A DNA stretch of 20,325 nt from a bacterium (GTDB lineage: Bacteria > SZUA-182 > DTGQ01 > JAFGSM01): assembly GCA_049472335.1 (NCBI GenBank), contig JBLIRO010000079.1:1-20325 (forward strand). The letters are read 5' to 3'. How positions within the stretch are numbered: position 1 is the stretch's first letter; each line of letters starts with the position of its first letter. This document shows, piece after piece, positions 9,501 through 15,361 of the stretch. A program made the position numbers and the translations under genes. The notes beneath the pieces were generated by a model, which did not search any database, was not told the origin of the DNA, and worked only from the letters and a program-made list of their open reading frames with translations.

Positions 9501-11226
9501 GATAGCTTACAATCTCTTTGCTAGGATCCATATGATAGGAATCACTGGCATCAAAATGGATGGCCTGCCCGACAGCTCCTGGATTAGGATTGGCTTTGAT
9601 AACAGCAACAGGGGGTTTTTCAAAAAGTGCCCGGGTCAGGATGATGATGTTCCAGCAGGCAGCAGTTGGCTCTGCCACATCGAGGCCTTTTTTGGGCCAG
9701 AAGCCATCCGGGTTTTGAGTATTAACCAGATGCCTTGCCAAACCCCGATTTTCATCGCCGTACCAGTCAAGCCCTGTAATGTCAAGGTGTGTGACTTCCT
9801 GAGGTAAAGCAAGACGCATGGATTTTGCAAAGGCGTAGAATGAATAATACAGCCAATTATTAGAACTCAGAAAGCGATTCCAGTTATTTGCAATATATCG
9901 CTCGCAAGCTACCCATCGTGAATCAGTAATGTCTTTGCCTATAAAGCAAAGCTGAACCATGCCACAGGCGCCGGTTGAAAGGTCATGATTAACTGTATTC
10001 TTGTTGGTATAACCAAAATACCCGGCAGGATTATAACTGAAATTTAACCATAAATTATTCCTATCCTTAACCCATTGGGGCACAATGCAGCCAAAATTCC
10101 TTTCTGCGGCAATCATGCCGATCGCCCCCCACTGTGCAGCAGAATTGTCTGCACCTATATTCCAGGAATAGCGCCATCCTCCTAGTTGATTTCCTGAATC
10201 TGTCTGGCCCCATGCATACATATCAACCATATCCTGGACGATATTTTGATAATGCCGGCCTATAACATTTGCTCCACCTGCTCTGGCTATTTCGTCAGGT
10301 GCACCGGATGCCACAAGTGCATCCATAACAGCACCGGTCTCATAAATTGGATAAGAGGTATTTACAGACAGTCCAATCCCGTTACCATTCGAATCCGGAT
10401 TCTGACCTCCTTGAAGACGTATTCTACGGCTAATCAATGTAATCAGCAGGGAGTCTATCCCACCGCGTACTACATTGACATATGGGTCTTCATCGGGGTC
10501 GCCTGTTTCCATATGGCCGTTAATTTCGTAAGCCTGAACTGCGGAAGCAGTGGTATTCACGTAAGAAGTGCCATCGGACCATAGACAAGGCATAGAGCCG
10601 ACCGGTTTTTTTTTCTGAGTGTATAACCACCAGAGTCCATCATCTATGGCTTTATTGATTTCCAAATCAAGGGTCTTCTCTCTGACCAATAGGCGGTATT
10701 CATCTGAAGATTCCTCACCGGCTGCATCAGTTACATAAAGTCGCGCTATAATAAGCGTGCCGGGCTGAACATTGTAAGTATATGTAATAGACAGGTTATC
10801 AGGATTTGAGATAATCGCCGGACTTGAGCTTCCACCGTCTCCATACTCCCAGTAGAATGTCCCTCCGGAAAGGTTTTTATCATCATCTCTGGCAATACCT
10901 TTTAGAATTGTTGGCTTGCCCGGCCAGGTTTCATGGGGCACAAAAAGGTCTGATGGGAACCAAGGCACACAAATAACCTTTGGTGGAGCGGCATATGCCT
11001 CAGAAGGAAAAAAAAGATCAATAGCGTCACGAAATGCATCTATGAAACCGGAAAGGATACCATGCTCCTTTTCGATTGAAGATATAGGGGCTGAAGCATA
11101 ATATCTTGAGGGATTAAGAGGCACCATCCATACACAGGATTGCACCAAAAAAACATAAAAGATGAGATAAACAATGGATTTACAAAAATGACTCCCATTA
11201 AAATGACTTATAATCCCCTTTTTCAT
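553..11226 (-). CDS. Giant exported RHS/YD-repeat polymorphic-toxin-type protein with prenyltransferase-like barrel, PKD, Fn3-like and cadherin-like Ig domains (3557 aa)
   Basis: Uninterrupted ORF with GGGGAGGG RBS. N-terminal hydrophobic stretch. PKD signatures (WNFGDG, WDFGDG), 9x GLIQW(T/K)P repeats, many YTYDxxGN repeats, RHS core YYLRARYY...GRFLTFD...PINNIDPTG. Confidence 0.95.
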   Translation of the reverse strand: MKKGIISHFNGSHFCKSIVYLIFYVFLVQSCVWMVPLNPSRYYASAPISSIEKEHGILSGFIDAFRDAIDLFFPSEAYAAPPKVICVPWFPSDLFVPHETWPGKPTILKGIARDDDKNLSGGTFYWEYGDGGSSSPAIISNPDNLSITYTYNVQPGTLIIARLYVTDAAGEESSDEYRLLVREKTLDLEINKAIDDGLWWLYTQKKKPVGSMPCLWSDGTSYVNTTASAVQAYEINGHMETGDPDEDPYVNVVRGGIDSLLITLISRRIRLQGGQNPDSNGNGIGLSVNTSYPIYETGAVMDALVASGAPDEIARAGGANVIGRHYQNIVQDMVDMYAWGQTDSGNQLGGWRYSWNIGADNSAAQWGAIGMIAAERNFGCIVPQWVKDRNNLWLNFSYNPAGYFGYTNKNTVNHDLSTGACGMVQLCFIGKDITDSRWVACERYIANNWNRFLSSNNWLYYSFYAFAKSMRLALPQEVTHLDITGLDWYGDENRGLARHLVNTQNPDGFWPKKGLDVAEPTAACWNIIILTRALFEKPPVAVIKANPNPGAVGQAIHFDASDSYHMDPSKEIVSYLWDFDDSDGIDFDHPDATGVRVSTTYGALGDYVVSLKVFDNSTPVRFDLTTLTIHITIPPHAPTAVVGGPYISVVGEEVRLDGSGSYDIDEAQGDSITAWDWESDFEAPYDFAESHGETAVLPSFAVAGHYDIGLRVTDNTASVFPDSGQPNLTHAAYGRVMVYDVGVANLQARPKETKCQLTWTHIGVDSYDVLRSERGPNEGFELIGRTDSVYSTYLDYNVELSKDYWYRIRTKQNGETVLSWPVHIKSIGRSRNRPPQITSSPPLNAQEGGLYSYDAEAQDPEDNPMTYILDLSPNGMIINSATGLIQWTPVFAQVGPNDVVVRVMDSLGASATQFFTITVSPRPNQAPVSDPDGPYSGLKGEEIIFDGSGSYDPEGDLSLSYQWNFGDGATSDLQNPTHTYQATGHFIVSLFVTDSRGATGSAETSAQIGEPNREPTADVGGPYTGHAWDIITFNGSDSSDPDNDPLTYTWNFGDSTPPATGVTADHIFASAGAYHVSLTVDDSRGGLDSDAINVIISPINQPPVAQFTGNNFGNVGEKLSFDASSSYDSDGTITAYDWDFGDGSTTTGAIVNHAFNNPGYYSVSLSVMDNDAATDTTTLSVHINAPPLITSTPTTTALEDDLYTYDVNANDMDEDKLSYSLVLAPTGMSIDSATGLIQWTPTQTHVGNNSVTVEVNDSKGGIATQSFILAVQNVNDPPIIITTSLPPGTEDTPYTYGVDANDIDQDPLTYTLTVAPTGMSIDSATGLIQWTPIQVHVGDNNVTVQVSDGNGGFDTQSFIIAVANTNDFPLIISTPPYTALEDSLYTYDANATDEDNDTLTYALSLSPNGMTIDNNSGLIQWKPLQADVGTHNIKITVTDGHGGSDTQSYTLVVSNVNDPPVIITASLPPGTEDYPYAYYVDANDMDLDKLTYTLTVAPTGMSIDSATGLIQWTPIQVHVGDNNVTVQVSDGNGGFDTRSFIITVANTNDPPEITSIPPPTALEDSLYTYDADARDEDMDTLTYELSLSPNGMTIDNNSGLIQWKPLQADVGTHNITITVTDGHGGSDTQSYTLEVFNVNDPPLITSNPLTGAVKDFLYTYDVEATDEDEDTTTYGLNISPTGMTIDSSTGLIQWTPDITQVGPHPVEILVTDGKGGSATQSYTLNVSAVNREPRITSAPETSAEQDQSYTYDVDATDPDTDPITFSLNTAPNGMTIVPDTGLIQWTPSKMQTGANQVVVMASDNKGGTGTQTFTINVQNVNDPPDITSVPITIAAVDVLYTYDVEAEDIDGDDIEYSIEVSPPGMTIDSSTGLIQWTPTPSDLGDNTVRVVAIDPFAAFDTQEFIIEVLRAPDDTPPRITNIHISPLILNPGETTTITIEAMDDVGIESYDLTVNGNTVPLLGNTGTYIATTIGVHIAEATVCDTSGNCDTSSAGFGVRDPSDTTHPDVSITSPATDSELTAPTDLIGTATDNNLVSYTLEYSEKDKNSYTAFYMGHTEVINDVLGTLDTTLLANGLYDIRITAVDVNGLTNSVKVTYRVTGDLKVGNFTVTFNDLEIPVAGIPITIYRTYDSRARHNKGDFGYGWNIDIRTIKIEENRPMGTGWYRGQSGGPFPTYYLQPDGAHYVSITMPDGQVLEFNCRFSPDSSVFYQAWEIDSAIYDPLPGTYGSLKALDDTPWFFDGSNILNQNGGIYNPSLYQLTTIDGTIYIIDQTEGLEKITDNNGNSLDITSDGIIHSSGKSITFTRDAKGRISEITDPMGNTITYDYDDNGDLIAVTDQEDNTSQYTYNSNHALVDILDPTGNRPIRNEYDYDGRLIAHTDAEGNRIEYTHNIGTRQEIVTDRLGYITVFEYDDNGNVTSMTDPLGNLTSYTYDDRGNKLSETDPLDNTTTYTYDDKDNMLTQTDPLGNTTTYTYNARGQVLTITDPLENVTKYTYDAKGNLLTTKDPLDNVTTYTYASRGNLTSTTDPLDNVTSYTYDPYGNMLTQTDPLGNVTTYTYDNNGNQLTQTVTRTTLSGTETITTTNVYDGHNRIIQTIDPNGNSTSTEYNAIGKQSVTTDKNGNQTQYEYDSRGNLIKTTFPDGTTETATYDAEGRKVSSTDRAGRTTIHIYDKLGRLIKTLYPDESYTTTTYDDAGRVETQTDERENTTTFKYDEAGRRASIIDPLGNITTYAYDKNGNQLSMTDANDNTYTYLYDENNRRTRTDFPDGTFTSITYDELGCKIAETDQAGITTQFEYDPLGRLIKVTDALGQETTYTYDELGNKISQTDANGNTTTWEYDNLGQVTKRTLPLGMYETMAYDTAGNLISKTDFNGDTITYIYYNNNRLFLKTYPDGSSVSFTYTKTGQRETILDPRGLTTFVYDERDRLLQSTDPDGTVISYTYDDAGNRTSVTVPSGTTTYAFDELNRLIKVTDPDSGVTTYTYDVVGNRASVTYPNNTKAIYTYDTLNRLIRLENKRSDDSIISSYDYTLGLSGNRTRVQENTGRVVDYTYDNLYRLTEESITDPTLGDRLVAYSYDPVGNRLSKGDTVEGPTDYTYDENDRLLTENGTTYTYDNNGNTISKTEGSGVTTYSYNYENRLVGAQTPVATVNYNYDADGIRVSKSVDGMVTNYLVDKNRDYAQVLEERDVGVWLIASYIYGDDLISMDRSGAISFYQYDGNGNTRQLSDYMENITDTYIYDAFGIMLDRTGVTKNNYLYTSEQYDMNIGFYYLRARYYNSFIGRFLTFDTYQGNQFDPISLHKYLYANGDPINNIDPTGKFTLIQKLNVVTITTILANIGISLLAFHTAGMRLFKFDGILLSARFDISHIVTGGGGIDLLFDLKFYRFFVSIAAELGLDPLSTFKKYRGRGFTVVAGLVFGLSNPSQLSGFGVSAFWPRSVLRLMPIIGGTSNVWGAMLQFAKNVTSHKGATVGFGKSFSGPAIMFFGTSYRAFSSMLSWNTDFVDVEEVVPPIKGYIDQLINIANALASLGRDMSIFIMNARQALDYLLPGFGINE
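556..1266 (-). other. RHS C-terminal cargo (putative toxin) domain, 237 aa, family not recognised
   Basis: Follows DPTGK (aa 3316-3320). Rich in Gly, Phe and aliphatic residues; no nuclease, deaminase or ADP-ribosyltransferase motif recognised. Confidence 0.75.
1267..1524 (-). other. RHS repeat-associated core (aspartyl autoprotease) ending in PxxxxDPxG
   Basis: YIYDAFG...YLYTSEQYD...YYLRARYY...GRFLTFD...YLYANGDPINNIDPTG; DPTG is encoded at 1270-1281. Confidence 0.93.
1525..4350 (-). repeat. YD/RHS repeat shell
   Basis: Dozens of ~21-aa units TYTYDxxGNxxxxTDPLGN; seven very regular consecutive 63-bp units at about 3560-4000. Boundaries approximate. Confidence 0.92.
4630..4908 (-). other. 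DUF6531-like segment at the N-terminal entry of the RHS shell
   Basis: GNFTVTFNDLEIPVAGIPITIYRTYDS...GDFGYGW matches the GN..DL....RTY.S...FG.GW pattern that precedes YD repeats. Confidence 0.75.
5494..7677 (-). repeat. Eight tandem 273-bp (91-aa) cadherin/He_PIG-like Ig domains
   Basis: Units start at 7677, 7404, 7131, 6858, 6585, 6312, 6039 and 5766. Each reads N(D/A/R)xPxI...YxYxxxAxDxDxD...PxGMxI...GLIQW(T/K)P. A ninth copy lies at about 8470-8735. Confidence 0.92.
7678..8460 (-). other. Three tandem PKD domains
   Basis: NQAPVSDPDGPY...FDGSGSYDPEG...YQWNFGDG; NREPTADVGGPY...YTWNFGDS; NQPPVAQF...FDASSSYDSDG...WDFGDG. Confidence 0.9.
8750..9615 (-). other. Two PKD-like domains followed by one Fn3-like domain
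   Basis: FDASDSY...YLWDFDD; LDGSGSYDID...AWDWE; then NLQARP...QLTW...YDVLRS...YLD...YWYRIRT. Boundaries approximate. Confidence 0.75.
9622..10671 (-). other. Terpenoid-cyclase/protein-prenyltransferase-like alpha/alpha barrel (aa ~186-535)
   Basis: AIDDGLWWLYTQ; YETGAVMDALVASG; WGQTDSGNQLGGWRY...ADNSAAQWGAIGMIAA; GYFGY; LVNTQNPDGFW (QW-type QxxDGxW repeat at 9697-9717). Confidence 0.75.
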
Positions 11227-11232
11227 TATAAT

Positions 11233-11240
11233 CCCTCCCC
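11233..11240 (-). promoter_or_regulatory. Shine-Dalgarno site of the RHS gene
   Basis: GGGGAGGG on the minus strand, 6 nt before the ATG at 11226. Confidence 0.85.
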
Positions 11241-11348
11241 ATTAAAAATTTTGCAGGAATCGAATGGTTTCACCCTAAAAAACATGTAAGGGCCTTCTTT
11301 AAAACATATTTTTCAATGCACTTTTTATCTAAGGTCTTGAATTAGTTC

Positions 11349-11526
11349 GTCTGACTCTTCCGCAATGTTGAGTCCATAGAGTCACTTGATATTGAAGACG
11401 AGCTGTTCAACAGTATCCATGTCTGTCAGTTCAAAGGCCTGCTGAAGCACTGGCAATCCGCGTACTTTATGGAGAAGGGGCATTCGTAGGACAATCAAAG
11501 GAAGTATCAAAATATGAAGCAATTTT
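11349..11526 (-). pseudogene. Decayed transposase N-terminal fragment (DUF772, IS5/IS1182-type)
   Basis: Minus-strand translation KIASYFDTSFDCPTN, frameshift, then LHKVRGLPVLQQAFELTDMDTVEQLVFNIK*LYGLNIAEESD. Resembles my recalled consensus GRPTKEL..VLG.L.LQQ..DLTD.ETV.QLAFNIQWHYALNI.EESD, with TGA (11382-11384) at the Trp position. Confidence 0.7.
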
Positions 11527-11592
11527 TGTAAGCATTAGCTGAATTCTTAGATTTTATAAGATTTTTTATGTCATATCTATTGCCTAAATAAT

Positions 11593-11621
11593 AATATAAA
11601 TAATCCATCAAAAACTATCAA
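11593..11621 (-). promoter_or_regulatory. Candidate sigma70 promoter facing the RHS gene
   Basis: TTGATA-N17-TATATT on the minus strand; the region is very AT-rich, so chance matches are likely. Confidence 0.3.
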
Positions 11622-11735
11622 GAAATTTTTTAATTCTGTTTCATGACACCTATCTTCAATAAATAAGGTATTCAGATAGAAGATAAAGATTTTCTTTAGG
11701 TTTTATTGTCTGATTATTTTTTTCAGATTATTATC

Positions 11736-11765
11736 TTGGAAAATTCATATTAAGTAGGCTATAAT
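11736..11765 (+). promoter_or_regulatory. Candidate sigma70 promoter for the FGGY kinase gene
   Basis: TTGGAA-N18-TATAAT, 76 bp before the ATG. Confidence 0.4.
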
Positions 11766-11841
11766 ATTATTTTTATATAAAAATAATCAACTAACTCTTT
11801 GGTTTAATTTATTTTCATAACTTTGTTGTGATCGAGAGATC

Positions 11842-13260
11842 ATGAAGGAACTTACCTTAATTATTGATCAGGGCACTCTTGCCACCCGCGCCCTTATCCT
11901 GGATGAAAACGGAAATGTGAAAACATCCGCTTTTCAAAAGATCCGGCTTCAAAGGCATGGATCTGAAGTCGTTGAGCAGGACGCGGATGAGATCGTGAAA
12001 TCAATGGAAAAGGTAGTAAGGGAAGTCCTGGATGATAATGCTGTGCGGCGAGCGGGTGTTGCCCGGGCGGGGCTCGCTACTCAAAGATCCAGCATTGTAG
12101 CATGGGATAAACGGAATGGTGAACCCCTCGGACCTTTATTAAGCTGGCAGGACCGCCGTGCTTCCAATTGGCTGAAAAAATTCAATCCATATGCCGAAAG
12201 AATAAAAAAACACACAGGGTTGCCGCTTTCTCCTCATTACGGCGCCAGCAAACTTCGGTGGTGCCTTGACCATATACCGGCGGTTTCAAGGGCATATCGG
12301 AATGATTACCTGGCTTTCGGACCTTTGGCAAGCTATCTGATTTTTCACCTTCTTCGAGGGAATCCTTTGCTAGTGGATCATGCCAATGCCTCACGCACAC
12401 AATTATGGAATATCACGACACGGGACTGGGACCCATGGCTGTCGGACCTGTTTGGTATTCCCCTCAAGGCCCTTCCTGATTGCCGGCCCATCTGTCAAAA
12501 CTACGGAACGTTGAAAATAGCCGGTATCCCGTTGAAAGCGGTTAACGGCGATCAGACCTCCGCCATTTATAGTCTGGGACGTCCCAACAGCAAAACCGCT
12601 ATTGTCAATATTGGAACCGGCGCATTTATCCTGCTTCCGACCGGGAAAAAATCGTTTAAGCATCCTTCTCTACTATGCGGCCTCGCGAGAAGCAACGAAA
12701 AATGGGGAGAATATATAATAGAAGGGACCGTAAATGGCGCGGGCGCCGCACTCGAATGGGCCGAGAATGAGTGGAATCTGCCGGATATGATCCGTTCTCT
12801 GCCGGACTGGCTGTCCAGAGTGGGTGAAATCCCCCTTTTCATAAACACCATAGGCGGTTTGGGATCTCCATGGTGGCACCGGGGTCCCGCCCCTGCTATC
12901 CTGGGAGACAGCGAGCCATGGCAAAAGGCAGTGAGCGTAATAGAGAGTATCCTGTTTTTGCTGCAAGCCAATCTCGAGACCATGCTTAAGGCCAATTTCT
13001 CCATAAACAGATTACAGGTAAGCGGAGGATTGTCTCATCTTGACGGTATGTGCCAGCGACTGGCAGACCTGTCTCAAGGTCCTGTTTATCGTCCGGCCGA
13101 GGTTGAAGGAACAGCCCGCGGAATCGCCTGGCTTGCGTCGGGATGCCCCGCGCGCTGGCCTAAACCGGGTCATGGCCGATTATTCAAGCCCATGAGGAAC
13201 GATGCCCTGGCCGGGCGTTATAAAAAAATATACCAAATATTGAGCAATGAGATACACTAA
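11842..13260 (+). CDS. FGGY-family carbohydrate kinase, glycerol-kinase-like
   Basis: IIDQGT phosphate-1 motif, VEQD, ATQRSS, SWQDRR, DHANASRTQLWNI, GDQ, NIGTGAF, GLGSPWW. Confidence 0.9.
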   Translation: MKELTLIIDQGTLATRALILDENGNVKTSAFQKIRLQRHGSEVVEQDADEIVKSMEKVVREVLDDNAVRRAGVARAGLATQRSSIVAWDKRNGEPLGPLLSWQDRRASNWLKKFNPYAERIKKHTGLPLSPHYGASKLRWCLDHIPAVSRAYRNDYLAFGPLASYLIFHLLRGNPLLVDHANASRTQLWNITTRDWDPWLSDLFGIPLKALPDCRPICQNYGTLKIAGIPLKAVNGDQTSAIYSLGRPNSKTAIVNIGTGAFILLPTGKKSFKHPSLLCGLARSNEKWGEYIIEGTVNGAGAALEWAENEWNLPDMIRSLPDWLSRVGEIPLFINTIGGLGSPWWHRGPAPAILGDSEPWQKAVSVIESILFLLQANLETMLKANFSINRLQVSGGLSHLDGMCQRLADLSQGPVYRPAEVEGTARGIAWLASGCPARWPKPGHGRLFKPMRNDALAGRYKKIYQILSNEIH

Positions 13261-13281
13261 TGTTTTAATTTTTTATAACAC

Positions 13282-13311
13282 TTGCTTATTATATGATTTG
13301 TTTGATATATT
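13282..13311 (+). promoter_or_regulatory. Candidate sigma70 promoter with extended -10
   Basis: TTGCTT-N18-TATATT with TG at 13303-13304. Confidence 0.35.
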
Positions 13312-13392
13312 AAACTATGATTCTCTTTTTTAATTTAAATCATAAAATCCTAAAAAACTGAAGCATTATTTGAATTTTAATTAAAAAGCGCT

Positions 13393-14619
13393 ATGAATCC
13401 TAAGAGAATTTATATCGTTGAAGATGATCTGGCAGTCCTCAGGCTGGAGGAACATATTCTAAAAAGTCTTGGGTGGGAGGTCAAATCCAGCACGTCAGCA
13501 GAAAAAGCGTACAATGAGATTATAAACTTTAAACCATCCTGCATACTGCTCGACATAATGCTGCCGGGAATGGATGGTTTGGAATTATGCAAAATGCTGC
13601 GCTCCAATAAGGATTTTAATGATGTATATATTATTATAGTTTCATTAAAGGCATATAATTTTGATAAAGAGAGAGCGCTTTCATTCGGCGCCGATGGATA
13701 TATAACAAAACCGTTTAATAAGGATAAATTTGAAAAGGCCTTCAACTCTATCATTTCCATAAACCTGGAGTTCTGGGGAATTAGGGGAACGCTTCCGGTG
13801 CCAGGGAAAAAGGCTATTAAATATGGAGGCAACACCTCATGCGTGTCTGTCAGATTTTCTCAAAACAGATGGTTTATTTTCGACGCGGGAACCGGAATAA
13901 AAGAATTTTCTGATTATATCATTAGAGCCGGACAAAACCGAATTAAGGCGAATATCTTTATTTCCCATTCACACTGGGATCATATCAACGCCTTTCCTTT
14001 TTTTGCCCCATTATATATACCGGGAAACGAGATTATAGTGTACGGACCTTATCAGAGCGACAACCATACTATGCGCAAGGTCATATCGGATCAAATGTTC
14101 GGGATCTATTTTCCTATAGGAGTAAAGGAATTTGCGGCCCATGTTGATTATAAGGATCTGAGGGAGGGCAGTTATGATATAGACGGAATTGAAGTCAAAA
14201 CGAAGCTGTTGACACACCCGGGGAATTGCCTGGGATACAGAATAAATTATAAAGCCATATCCATATGCTATATAACTGATAATGAGCTTTATCTTCCTAA
14301 TTCGGAATATTTCAACAGCACGGCATGGGAGCAATTAATAGAGTTCATAGAAGGGGCCGACATATTAATACACGATGCAACTTATTTTGATGATGAATAT
14401 AAAAAAAAGGTAAACTGGGGACATTCATGCGTCAGTCAGGTAGTAAAACTAGCCCACGAAGCGAGTGTAAAAAAATTGTATCTTTATCATCAGGAGCCCG
14501 ATCAAACGGATGCCGACATTGAAAGAAAATTAAAAATAGCTAATGAATTATTATCAAATTTAGGATCCTCCACAATATGTTTGGTACCGGTGGAAAAAGA
14601 AAAAATCATGGTTAGATAA
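13393..14619 (+). CDS. Response-regulator receiver domain fused to an MBL-fold metallo-hydrolase (RNase Z/PhnP/class II phosphodiesterase-like)
   Basis: Receiver: VEDD, LLDIMLPGMDG, YITKPF. MBL: FWGIRGTLPVPG, YGGNTSC, DAGTG, SHSHWDH, HPG, TDNE, WGHS. Confidence 0.9.
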   Translation: MNPKRIYIVEDDLAVLRLEEHILKSLGWEVKSSTSAEKAYNEIINFKPSCILLDIMLPGMDGLELCKMLRSNKDFNDVYIIIVSLKAYNFDKERALSFGADGYITKPFNKDKFEKAFNSIISINLEFWGIRGTLPVPGKKAIKYGGNTSCVSVRFSQNRWFIFDAGTGIKEFSDYIIRAGQNRIKANIFISHSHWDHINAFPFFAPLYIPGNEIIVYGPYQSDNHTMRKVISDQMFGIYFPIGVKEFAAHVDYKDLREGSYDIDGIEVKTKLLTHPGNCLGYRINYKAISICYITDNELYLPNSEYFNSTAWEQLIEFIEGADILIHDATYFDDEYKKKVNWGHSCVSQVVKLAHEASVKKLYLYHQEPDQTDADIERKLKIANELLSNLGSSTICLVPVEKEKIMVR

Positions 14620-14644
14620 TCTGGTTTAAAAGGAAAAACGGCAA

Positions 14645-15361
14645 ATGATCTATATAAGAAAACCATTTGATATTTATCAGGCCAAAGGTAAAATCCAGAA
14701 TGGCACATTTTCCAGCAGATGGCATTTCTCCTTTGGAGAATATCGGGACCCTGAATACACTTATTTTGGCACCCTCAGGGTATTTAACGACGACACCTTT
14801 TCTCCATCAGCCTCATTGCCATTGCACCCTCATAGAGAAATCGAGATAGTCACATATTGCGTTGATGGAGAATTCCGCTATGAAGATGCTCAAGGCAAGG
14901 GAGGGATACTAAAAAAGGGTTGTGTGCACCATACTACGATTGGCAAAGGTATGTCTCATTCGGAGACAAACAACCTTCAAGATAAACCTATAAGGTTTAT
15001 TCAGATGTGGTTTTTCCCTTCAGAGCCCGGTCATGAGCCCACATCAGAGCAGAAATGTGTTGAACGGTCAGAACGGACGAATTACCTTTTCCCTCTTGTC
15101 TCAAATGACCGTCCGGAAGCCCTCCCCATACATTCAGACGCGCAGGTTTACTCCTGTTTTCTTCAGGAAGGGCATCAGATCAGTTATGTAGTAAAACAAG
15201 GATGGGGCGTATACATATACGTGCTTGAAGGTGGATCGGTCCTGGTAAACGGCCATCAAGTTATGCCCTTTGGGGCAGCCAAAATTCTCGAGGAGATGGA
15301 TCTGGATATAAAGGCAGAAGACGACACCGAATTCCTTCTCGTGGAGGTCTTTCTTATTTAA
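14645..15361 (+). CDS. Pirin-family (YhhW-like) cupin
   Basis: HFSFGEY, FGTLRVFNDD, HPHREIEIVTY, GKGMSHSE, FIQMW; metal ligands HxH and HxE are present. Confidence 0.92.
   Translation: MIYIRKPFDIYQAKGKIQNGTFSSRWHFSFGEYRDPEYTYFGTLRVFNDDTFSPSASLPLHPHREIEIVTYCVDGEFRYEDAQGKGGILKKGCVHHTTIGKGMSHSETNNLQDKPIRFIQMWFFPSEPGHEPTSEQKCVERSERTNYLFPLVSNDRPEALPIHSDAQVYSCFLQEGHQISYVVKQGWGVYIYVLEGGSVLVNGHQVMPFGAAKILEEMDLDIKAEDDTEFLLVEVFLI

Noticed and set aside
10606..10614. A9 tract (KKK codons) near the 5' end of the RHS gene as a phase-variation switch
   Set aside because: A/T runs of 7-9 nt occur elsewhere in this AT-rich window, and the frame is intact.
9622..10671. Calling the barrel a true squalene-hopene cyclase or an alpha-2-macroglobulin thioester domain
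   Set aside because: No DxDD motif, only one barrel, and no CGEQ motif.
869..11101. Many 60-160 aa ORFs overlapping the RHS gene on either strand
   Set aside because: Shadow ORFs of a long repetitive coding frame, with no recognisable motifs.
11381..11385. In-frame TGA as a selenocysteine or recoded codon
   Set aside because: It aligns to a Trp position in a frameshifted transposase relic; a nonsense mutation is the simpler explanation, and other genes here use TGA as a stop.
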